Origin: Selaginella moellendorffii
Lineage: Eukaryota > Plantae > Lycopodiophyta
NCBI RefSeq assembly: GCF_000143415.4
Contig: NW_003314267.1
Span: forward strand, 2,269,730-2,333,729
DNA length: 64,000 nt
Direction of reading: 5' to 3'
Shown here: piece after piece, positions 54,211 through 64,000 of the stretch
How positions within the stretch are numbered: the stretch's first letter is position 1
Layout: the number at the start of each line of letters is the position of its first letter
The notes under the pieces: generated by a model
The model's database searches: none
Told to the model about the DNA's origin: nothing
The model's input: only the letters and a program-made list of their open reading frames with translations
Translations under genes and position numbers: made by a program

Positions 54211-54775
54211 GGTGACAAGCCAATTGCTGAGAAGCCTGCTGGACTTCATGCGTCACGTCGCGAGCTTCGGGCTGGGACTCGTGAGATTAGACATTTGCCA
54301 GGAGTCCGAGAGGCATACAGATGTTATGGACGCCATCATAAATCATCTCGGCCTGGGTAACTACAGAAGCTAGCGAGCAACGAAGAGGCAAGAATGGCTG
54401 CTGCTCACAGAGCTCCGCAGCAAGAGATCACTCTTTGGTGCTGATCTTCATATGACTGAAAAGGTCCAGGATGTGCTAGGCACATTCTACGTTATATCCG
54501 AGTTGCCACCCGACTGCTTTGGAGCCTACGTTATCTCCATGACTACAGCTTCGTCCAATGTTTTCACAGTTGAGCTTTTGCAACAAGAGTGCCGGGTGAG
54601 CAAGCCACTGCAGGTGTTGAGAAGCTCGCGGATTTAGAAGAAGCTCTAGCAGCCATGGATCGCCTCTTTTTTATCAACTGGTATCGTAGTCACAGCAATG
54701 GGAAGCAGGGGTTACTCCAACTCTGGGAAAGATACAGGGAGATTATGTGCTGCTTGGCAACAGTTCCAGACGCAG
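54211..54775 (+). pseudogene. Phosphoenolpyruvate carboxylase internal fragment
   Basis: [61 protein letters not shown]; contains stops and frameshifts. Confidence 0.88.
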
Positions 54776-54889
54776 GGGAAAAAAAAGAGAGAAGTTTTAT
54801 CAAGGCCTTTCCGATGTAATTGCCTTGGATGATTGGATGTGCCATCTTGCAAATCATGGATTGTTTTCTTCTCCTCAATCGCTTCTTCC

Positions 54890-56250
54890 CACAGGTGGAC
54901 AAGCTTATGGCGGCCGAGGGTAAAATGAGAACAAGCAATGTGTACTTACCCAGATTCTTGAGTGTAGTTAAGGTTACAGGGTGATGCTGCTGGCTACGAT
55001 CTTGTAGTGGTGGATGCCATGCACAAAGAAAAATTTGCAAGTTCTCATGCAAGGCAAATTGCGGGGCAGAGGAGAATCAGTTCGATGGGGTTTGCTAGGG
55101 TGACTGCTGTCAATGGCCAATACATCATTGGAGATGCTTTATGACCAATACAGAATTAATTTTCAATTATAATCCTGTGCAGGGAAGGAGGCGAAGTTTG
55201 CTCTTTTCCTCTTTATGATTGTGCAAGAATGACTCATTGTCTTGCAGAGAAAAGAGGAGTACAATAATTCATTTTGTTTATGTGGAAGCCAGTATTGTCA
55301 TGGGAGCTATCTTAATCTTGGAGTGGAGATTCACAAGATGTTATCAAGGAGTGGCATCATCCGGTATGTATTACTTCTGACAAAGTTGGAGCTTGAAGAG
55401 ATGAGACAGGGGGTGTTAGATCTTGCCTACTAAACGGTCAGTTGGAAATATGGCCTTGTTCTAAGGTTTAAACTTGGATCTTAACTCACATTTTTATAGG
55501 TGGAGTTTATGAATCTGGATACTGCCTCCAAGAAGAGGAGAAAGGATGCCAATTTCTCTTATGGAGTTGACACCGAGAACTAGGTTTGAAATTATATCAA
55601 AGGAGACTTTGAAAGTTTGTAACCCATACAGGTCGAGGGTGTCTATAATCAAACATTGTTATCATGCTTGACAAGGTAAATGTTCCTTTTTTTCTTTTTC
55701 TATTTTTAATTTTCTGTTGGTGATGGATTTTTTTTCTGCTAGTTTCAAGTGTGTCCTACAGCAATTGTTCATAGATTCTTGGGAGGCATCACCACTTTGA
55801 AAAAGTTTGACTAGAAGGGACTCATTTCACAGCTGTGGAGTGGAGAGAACTTAATTGTGAACAAGCTCCTTAGCTATATGATGACACACATCCTACTGGA
55901 TAGACTGGCTGAGCTGAAGCAGCAGGTTCAAGAGCATGTGCCAGATGAAAGGGACAATGGGGAAGTCTCCAGGAGTGGACCTGGTTCATATGTACACATA
56001 TACTTAGTGCTTTATGTGAATGGTATGTGTTGCTATGGTTAGTGTTCATCATTTCATCACACATATTTTGTCGGAGGAATAAGGCACCTTTGAGTCCTCC
56101 AATAGAAATAAGCTCCCTGGATCTTGGCAAGCATGTCATGCTACTTCTAGGAGCAACTTCCAAGTGCTTAATATAGCTTGGAGGCAGTGTTGATTGCAGT
56201 TTTGGAAGAAAATAGTTCTACAGAAACGCTACAAAGAATCAATTGTAGTT
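54890..56250 (+). pseudogene. Histone H3K4 methyltransferase SDG2/ATXR3 C-terminal fragment (SET/post-SET and downstream), with intron remnants
   Basis: VVDAMHK..FAS, VTAVNGQYIIG, KEEYNNSFCLCGSQYCHGSYLNL, IQVEGVYNQ, LWSGENLIVNKLL, SPPIEISSLDLG; many stops. Confidence 0.8.
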
Positions 56251-58453
56251 CTCAAATTCTACAGACTTCTAGATTTCCATCAAATATTGGTGAGAAAAGA
56301 GATTTACAATCTGCACTTCATGATGAGGTTCTCTAGACCTCCTTTCAAGGCATCTAGCAAGCTCGCTAGAAATCTGTGTTGGCACTGTAAAAAAGAGTCC
56401 TTTCACCTTTCAGACTATAAGGCACTTGAGGAAAACTTTCCCACTCTCAAAATGCAAATTCTTGCACTACAACGTAATTTCAAGTTGTAGTTTTAACTGG
56501 CTTTCAATATGCTTATGAATATAATGCTTTAACATTATAATGAGTTCTAATTATTGAGAATACATCCAAATGAAGTTGTTATGTTGTGGTTATCCAATAA
56601 GTTTTTGCAGTATGGGACTATATAGAAGTGTTGTTACTTGACAAAATATGGATACTATCCTTTCCAACTAGATGAAACTGGCTATCTAAGCAAGAACATG
56701 ATGGTTCAATTTGAGAAAGGTGAGCCTTCATGATTTTAGCTCATTTCATGCTCATCTTTCTCATGTTGTAGGGACAGATTCTCTGGAGCCTTCCACTTCT
56801 ATCACTTAGTTTAGAAGACATGTTTAAATAGTTCATAATAATGGAAAAAGGAGCTTTGTTGATCATCATCTTGATTTTAACCAATTTCAATGATGGTCTC
56901 CTCCTTATTTAAAGTTGCTATTTTTGGCATTGATGCATTATAATATCCAATTTTACATATAACAGGAAACATTGGCCCTCAGAGAGAAGCGGCCAAACGT
57001 TGCTCCAGGAAGAGGAATCGTGCTTATTTGGGACCTCTTTGTGAGATCCCATAGCTCGCAAGCTCGCCCATCAACCGTCACCGCCAGACAAGAGTTATCC
57101 GAGCTAACATTTTAGAAAACAGAGAAAACTTAATCGAAAGTTGATGATCAAACTGCTTGCCTGAAATCCTATTTCATGCCAAGAACGCCAGCTTTTAGAA
57201 CGAGCTAAGATTGTTCTTCTTTGAAGATCTATCTACTGTTTTTATTTCTTCATTCCCAATCTATTGTTGTGGAGATTGATTTGCTATAGTTTTATTGCTT
57301 TCAAAAGCTTTATTCAGTAGCAATATTACATATCTGAATGAAAAGAAGAAAGGAAAAACTGAAAGAAGATGAGTTACAGGTGAAGGATAAAAGAAGACAG
57401 CAGAGATCTGATGGCCCTTTGCGAGATCTGTCAGCTATTCACATTTTCAAGAAATTGGGGTGAAAATATTTTCATCCAGGAACAAACCTTGGAGATTTCT
57501 GATGGCCGAACAGTGTCCACACTCTCCTAGTGTAAATTGACTTATCACAAGGAGTGAATCCTGCTTTGAAGTCACTGCCTCTACTGGATGAAACTCAAAC
57601 ACGAGAAGACACTGAAAAGGTAGGCTTGCCAAGTACATTGTAGAGATTGTTTGTAAGTCCCAAATGTTTCTCATCATAGGTCTTTGGAGGACATGCATAA
57701 CTTTTTATGACCATGAACCAAACCATAGCTTTTTTACATGTAATAACTTTAAACCAAGCTTAAAATCTCTTTTATCCAAATTTATAAACTAGTTATATGT
57801 AATGTTTAGATGTAAATAATATATGAACATATCAAGTTTCAAACTTATGTCCTTGTATTCTTACAATTTATAGGCAATTGATAAATTGAAGGTAATGTAT
57901 AATAGATATTTTGTATAATTGTAGATGAAACCAAGTTCATCAATCTAACATCATAATCCATGATAATGTGTATCTTCTTTTGAAAATATATAACTCTTTT
58001 AAAATTTTAATCTATAATTAATTTCCCTCTTTCTGGAGTGAATAGTAGAAAATTGCCAACAAAGCTTTAAGTCTAATCTTTCCAGATATCTTTGGCATTA
58101 TGAATATCTTATAGACTTACGTGGCAGAAACTGTTAATTTTAAAAGACAAACAATAATTCAAGTGTTACTAGATTTCTATAACTGCACCACCCCGTGAAT
58201 AGAGCTTTAGAGTGTTGTCCAAATAAATAAAAAAATCCCAATAACTTATAATACTTTAGCTACTCCCAAACACCAATAGTAACAATACTTTATTCTTTAC
58301 TACATGTAAGGAAAGAAAACTTTTCATAAGCATATATTTTCCATGAGAAGTGGCCAAGCAACCATATTTGGTAAGACGAGTTTACTTTGCAGCCTTCAAT
58401 CTAAAGCACAATGGGTTATATTGCTAGTGGCAAACATAGAGTGTGTTGTCTAG

Positions 58454-58831
58454 TTGCATGCACGAATGCCTACCACCAAAAGCGTTGCATCACCCTTTGA
58501 GCATGAAAAACCTTCTAGAGAAGAACATATTGTCCTAGAGAAGAACACGGAGCTACACAATGGCAAGCTTTACTATCGATTCCATCACCTTGCCAATCTT
58601 GCAATTGTCTGCATTGATTTTCAGAAAGATGGAGAAAGCGGAGGAACCTGGGGTCTTGAAAATGTCATTCACAAGATCTATAGCAGTGCAGATTATATAA
58701 AATTTAAAGAAAAAGTACTTATAATGGCAGTCTCCAAAGACATACATAGTTGGCTGAGTTCTCACAATCTGGTGATGCTTGTAGGCTTCTCTAAACTCAA
58801 GATAAGGGAGATCATGACCCATGAGCAATAA
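58454..58831 (+). other. Unidentified 125-codon ORF in an AT-rich region
   Basis: Protein-like composition (LYYRFHHLANLAIVCIDF...KEKVLIMAVSKDI) but no recognised motif. Confidence 0.25.
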
Positions 58832-60432
58832 CACTAAAGGCTTACCTGATTGTTACTTGATGTAATCAGCATGAATCTCATGCCTTCTTGGAAATTTAGT
58901 AAATAATCATAGTTTCCAGCAAGCTCTTAATGCTTTGCATTGCTTTGCAAACAGAACTTATCTATAAAAAAAACGAAGAGGAACTGTTAACAACTTTATT
59001 GTCTTGTGCCAGAAGTGAGGCAAATTAAATGCTGGACTGTAACTCTTCTTGATAATGCTGATTATATAATTCTTGAATCTATTTAATAATAACTCTTGAA
59101 ATTGACTCCATATTTATTTTCATATTAGATTTAAATTCTAGAATTTAGATTAGCATTTCAAAGTTAGCAATTAGGAGCGAATGCTTCTCCCTAGCAGTGG
59201 TAGTGGGCTATAAGTCTCTCTTGTGAGTGATTTCTTCTCTACATGAACACTGTGTGTATGTTATTTTAACAATTATAATGTTGTGCAAGGACTACAAGAA
59301 AAAGGTAGAGCTGTAATTTAAGCTTTTTTTAACTAGGCTCTAAGTGATTTTTAAATCAAAGCATGTGATATTAAGCTATGCTCAGATGAGAGAAAAGTCA
59401 ATCCATGCTTTTTCATCAATTAATCAAAGAAGAATAAGCATTTAGCATGCTGGTGCAGAGTGAAGGCTATAGAGATAGCAAATATATGATGGTAAGCTTC
59501 TGGGGATTTCATCTCAATCGTTCATTAATGGAGAGTAAATCCTGTTTCCAGTCCTATGTAATAAATAATCTTTTAAAACTATCAATATTTCCTGGATATG
59601 GCACTTCTATGGTAGTTGAAGAAGCAACTTGGTTCTTATCTATTTTGGAGTGTTCTGAATAATTTCATTTGAAGTAAAGTTTTCTTATCTTCTTACATCT
59701 CCTGGACCAAAAGCCAGCACTTCCTGGCCATCACCACTATACACATGGATCAAGCAAGAATTTTTCCTCCTGCATCTACTGAGGGCATAATCAATCCACT
59801 GGCCAATATTCTCATTGCCTAAAGTACTGCAAATTTGGCTATTACAAAATTATAAAACAATTACAAGATTAAGAGTCACCGGTTTAGATTAAGAGACCCC
59901 AGCTCATTGTCTTTTATCTTGTGACCACAGCTCATCAAACTTTGATAGCAGGTTTATCTCTTAGCTGGGTCTGATTCTTAACCAATTCAAGAGGAAGCTT
60001 ATGATTTTTCCCTTTTTGATTTTACGTTTTGGGTCTCAAGCAAGTACCAAGTAATGTAGTTATTATTATTGTTGTGCACTTATCATTAGATATTTATCAA
60101 AGAAATCATTTTTATTTGAAATATGAAAAAGGAAATAGAAAAATAACCTTCCTGTAATGTCAAATCCAATAATAAATCCCAACTCTTTTCTTATTACACT
60201 GCTCTCCAAGTCCAACTTCCTCTCAGTCTTATGTCACTATTGCTGTTGGAATTGGTGACTTCTCAGATGATTTCTACCACAAATTTAAGTTCTTTACTAG
60301 ATATTAAGATAGAGTTAAGACACCATTAAGATTTGGTTTAAATAAGTATATTGGAACGAACTTATTATTTTAACTAAAATGTTCTGATATAGAATATTTC
60401 TTTTTAATTGTAATGCTTTCATTTTAGGGTTT

Positions 60433-63297
60433 ATGCGAGTATGTACGGCTATGGAGATCCGGGCGCCAGGCGCGGCTCAAGCGCTAGAAATCTACGTGGA
60501 GGCGCGAGCAGCTGGCAAAATGCCGACTGCCTCCCAGGTAATCGCGGCATTCAAGGCGTGCGGCAGCCTCAATCGGCTAGATACTGGCAGGGAAATCCAC
60601 GCGCAGCTCCTCCAAGAATCTGTGGTGATGGTCCATCGAAATACCTGCGTCGCCACGGCCCTGGTGGATATGTACGCCAAATGCGGCAGCCTTGGGGAGG
60701 CGATCCAGATCTTCCAGACGATGCAATGCCGCCGGAGCGTCGTGACTTGGAATTGTATCATCCTGGGCTGCGCTCACGCTGGCGATTTCCATCAGGCGCT
60801 AGAGCTTTACTCCAGGATGGATTGCCCGCCGAATCACGTAACGTTCTTGGCAGCGCTCAAGGCTTGCATTGGTGTGGCCGGAGAAGAAGAGAAAGTGAAA
60901 AAAGAAGAAGGCGGTGGTGGTGTGGAAAGAATCCAGTGCCTGGGGAAGATTAGAGTGCTACACAGGGAAGCTACACGGGAGATGGTCTCTGGAATTCACA
61001 TCTTCGTGGCCAACAGCTTGATCACGGCCTACTCGAAGTGTGGAAGTTTACGGGAGGCTTTGGATGTTTTCCAAGGAATGAAAGAGCACAGCGTGGTTTC
61101 ATGGACGGAGATCATCATGGCTTATGCTGGAAATGGAGGAGGAAAGATGGCTCTCCAACTTTACGATCAAATGCTGGAGCAGGGATTTTTTCCGAGCCGT
61201 GTAACTTTGCTGGCGGCTCTCAAGGCTTGCTGCTGCTCCAGTGTGACAGAGGAAGGGGCTGATAAGAGTTTTTATCTGGAAAGGGGAAAGGCAATTCACT
61301 CACGAGCTGCCAGAGATGGACACGACTCGCAAGTTCTCGTCGCGAGCAGCCTGGTGAACATGTATTTCAAGTGTAGGAGCTTGGTCGATGCTTTCACGGT
61401 TTTTGGGAGCATGGTGGATCCGACAGTGGTTTCCTGGAATTGTGTGATTATGGGGAACGTTCTCAATGGAGAGGCCGGCCTCGTTTTGGATCTGTATGGA
61501 CAGATGCAAGAGCAAGGCTTTAAACCCGACGCTGCCACCTTTGTAGCGGTTTTGAAGGCGTGTATCAGCTTAGCAGGGAGAGAACAAGGCAAGCTCGTGA
61601 AGACAAAGTGTTTGGCTTTGGGAAGAACAATCCACAGTCAAGCGGCTGCTGCTAGTTCTGACGGCGAGCTCCACGTTTTTGTGGCAAACGGGCTGATCGA
61701 CATGTATGCCAAGTGTGGGAGCATGACCGACGCTTGGAAAGTTTTCCAGAGCATGCCAGTGCGGAGTTTGGTGTCGTGGAACTGCGTCATTTTTGGATTT
61801 GCCGAGGCTGGTGATGGCAAGCGAGCGTTGGAGCTCTATCGCCAAATGCAAGACGAAGGCTGTTCTCCAAACCACGTCTCTTACATCGCTGCGCTCAAGG
61901 CTTGCGTGGCTCTGGTAGAGAGTTTGGATCTACAGCCAGCTGAAGACTCGAAGATGGTGAAGCTGGAGTGTCTGCAAAGAGTAAAGGCGATCCACGGTCA
62001 AGCAGGACGCGATGAGTTGCAGCGGCACAGATTTCTCGCAAATGCGATGGTTGCGGCGTATGCAAAGTGTGGCGGCTTTAAGAACGCTCGGGAGATTTTC
62101 GAAAGCTTGGGACGAGACAGGGATCTGGTCACTTGGAACTCGATGATTCTTGGTTATGCCGAGAACGGGGATGGAAAAGAAGCCCTGAAGCTCTACGAGC
62201 AAATGGAGGACGAAGGCTGTGCTCCAGACGATCTTACCTTCGTAGCTGCTTTGAAAGCTTGCAGCAGCTTGGTGGACGAAGAAAACCAAGATGCAAGCAA
62301 CGCAAATCTGCAAGAGAGAGTTGCAGCTATCCGGCGTCGAGCAGCAGCAGGAGGCCAGGGGCTCAGCGTCTTCGTAGCCAACACTCTGATCGATTTCTAC
62401 GCGAGATGCCGGCTCATAGCAGAGTCCCGCGAAGTTTTCGAGAGCATGCGTGTTCGAAGCGTGGTCTCGTGGAACTGCATCATCCTGGGGCTGGCAGAGA
62501 ATGGTTTGGGCAGGCAGGCGCTGAGTTTCTACGCAAGAATGCGCGACGAAAACTTTGCTCCCGATACTGTCACCTTCATCGCGGCACTCAAGGCCTGTGG
62601 TAGCCTCGGGGACATGCAAGCTGGCACTAAGATCCGGCTGGAGATCGTCAGCGCTGGGCTCGAGAAGGATGCCGCCACAGCAAACTCTCTGGTCGACTTC
62701 TACGGCAAGTGTGGAAGCATGGGCGAAGCTCTGGAGGTGTTTGAGTCGATGGAGAAGAAGAGCACAGTCTCGTGGAACGCTCTCATGGATGGCTACAGCC
62801 GCCAGGGTGACTACGAGCGCGTTTTCCAGCTCTTTGAGAGGATGCAAGAGCTGCGCTTCCGGCCAAACGAGGCGACGTTCCTCGTCCTTCTCAATGTGTG
62901 TTGTCACGCTGGACTGGTGGACACGGGGAAAGAGCTCTTTGAGGCTATGGCGAGCGGTCACGCCATCTCTCCCGGGTTGAAGCACTACAGCGCCATGGTT
63001 GACTTGTTCGGGAGAGCAAATCGCATGGACGAGGCAGTGAGGATGGTGAAGAGCATGAGAGTGGAGCCGAATGCCGTGATTTGGATGACGCTGTTGGCGG
63101 CTTGTTGCAAGTGGAAAGATGTTTGCGTTGGGGAGTTTGCCTTCACTTCTGCTATCAAAGTTTTGGTATCAGCAAGAGATGGAGAGATGTATGCTACAGC
63201 CTGTGTCATGATGTCAAACATTTATGCCAATGCTGGGCATTGCTTGCAGAAGAGAGTAACATTGCAGTGTATAGGTACAAAAACAGCATATGACTGA
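60433..63297 (+). CDS. PLS-class pentatricopeptide repeat protein with partial E domain, intronless, 954 aa
   Basis: Repeated ALVDMYAKCGS / VVSWNCII / TFLAALKAC; KHYSAMVDLFGR; WMTLLAAC; MMSNIYA; no DYW domain. Confidence 0.93.
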   Translation: MRVCTAMEIRAPGAAQALEIYVEARAAGKMPTASQVIAAFKACGSLNRLDTGREIHAQLLQESVVMVHRNTCVATALVDMYAKCGSLGEAIQIFQTMQCRRSVVTWNCIILGCAHAGDFHQALELYSRMDCPPNHVTFLAALKACIGVAGEEEKVKKEEGGGGVERIQCLGKIRVLHREATREMVSGIHIFVANSLITAYSKCGSLREALDVFQGMKEHSVVSWTEIIMAYAGNGGGKMALQLYDQMLEQGFFPSRVTLLAALKACCCSSVTEEGADKSFYLERGKAIHSRAARDGHDSQVLVASSLVNMYFKCRSLVDAFTVFGSMVDPTVVSWNCVIMGNVLNGEAGLVLDLYGQMQEQGFKPDAATFVAVLKACISLAGREQGKLVKTKCLALGRTIHSQAAAASSDGELHVFVANGLIDMYAKCGSMTDAWKVFQSMPVRSLVSWNCVIFGFAEAGDGKRALELYRQMQDEGCSPNHVSYIAALKACVALVESLDLQPAEDSKMVKLECLQRVKAIHGQAGRDELQRHRFLANAMVAAYAKCGGFKNAREIFESLGRDRDLVTWNSMILGYAENGDGKEALKLYEQMEDEGCAPDDLTFVAALKACSSLVDEENQDASNANLQERVAAIRRRAAAGGQGLSVFVANTLIDFYARCRLIAESREVFESMRVRSVVSWNCIILGLAENGLGRQALSFYARMRDENFAPDTVTFIAALKACGSLGDMQAGTKIRLEIVSAGLEKDAATANSLVDFYGKCGSMGEALEVFESMEKKSTVSWNALMDGYSRQGDYERVFQLFERMQELRFRPNEATFLVLLNVCCHAGLVDTGKELFEAMASGHAISPGLKHYSAMVDLFGRANRMDEAVRMVKSMRVEPNAVIWMTLLAACCKWKDVCVGEFAFTSAIKVLVSARDGEMYATACVMMSNIYANAGHCLQKRVTLQCIGTKTAYD

Positions 63298-63644
63298 ATG
63301 AATATGTTTGAGATTTTAAAGAGGCATCTTATCTGGCTGTCAATAGTCCCAATCCTATTCAAAGTGAGAAAAGATGAGAGATACTTACCTTTTATCCTAT
63401 CTAGATCAGCAACTGATTCTTCCTCAATTAAACTATAATGTATAACATTAAAAATTGAATTATATACTAAAAATTAAAAAAAATTTAATACTTTATTTGC
63501 AGATTGTATTGGTGTTTGGGATATAAGAATAGATATATTAATTGGGGTTTAGACCCTTACTTATATAAAAAAATGGATGGATCAGATTTAATCCTGAATA
63601 GATGTTCTATATATTATACTATTATAATTAGTATATTAGTATAA

Positions 63645-63681
63645 TTAATATAATTATATATATATAATTATATATATATGT

Positions 63682-63731
<50 letters not shown>

Positions 63732-63762
63732 ATATATATGTATATATATGTGTATATATATG

Positions 63763-63795
<33 letters not shown>

Positions 63796-63840
63796 GTATA
63801 TATATATATATATATGTGTATATATATTTATATATATATG

Positions 63841-63872
<32 letters not shown>

Positions 63873-64000
63873 TGTATGTATGTATGTATGTATATGTATA
63901 TATGTATACATATATATATATGTATGTACGTATGTATATGTATATATGTATATATGTATATCTGTATGTATGTGTATATATATATATATATATATGTATG
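63645..64000. repeat. Long compound (TA)n/(TATG)n microsatellite running off the window end
   Basis: Read directly from the sequence. Confidence 0.97.

Noticed and set aside
58420-58460. Possible Helitron 3' end (weak hairpin followed by CTAG)
   Set aside because: Stem is short, AT-rich and imperfect; not distinguishable from chance

Overview
Compact eukaryotic plant nuclear DNA, most likely the lycophyte Selaginella (inferred from ~50-60 bp introns, ~120-220 bp intergenic gaps and intronless PLS-PPR genes with long insertions). Positions 1-33.2 kb are gene-dense and mostly housekeeping: GH47 mannosidase, CPL4, VHA-A, NDL, STAT-like SH2 protein, ORC4/GEN1 head-to-head, class III peroxidase, GT47, SUA-like splicing factor, peroxisomal polyamine oxidase and ERD2. 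Among them sits an unusual two-exon gene (23486-25498) with a Crinkler-effector-like architecture: ubiquitin-like N-terminus, AAA+ NTPase and a PD-(D/E)xK-like domain. Positions 33.3-41.1 kb and 47.1-60.4 kb are accessory, with a decayed CHAT (caspase-like) gene, an apparently intact 4-exon orphan gene, LTR remnants, a frameshifted S-domain kinase and a same-strand mosaic of captured gene fragments (RLT, PEPC, SDG2). FtsH7/9 and two PLS-PPR genes are also present. Other highlights: a candidate non-AUG uORF on the polyamine oxidase leader, a peroxidase missing a conserved disulfide pair, a SUA copy lacking its G-patch, four GC-AG introns and a run of consecutive hairpins. Family calls come from recalled motifs; no database searches were run.
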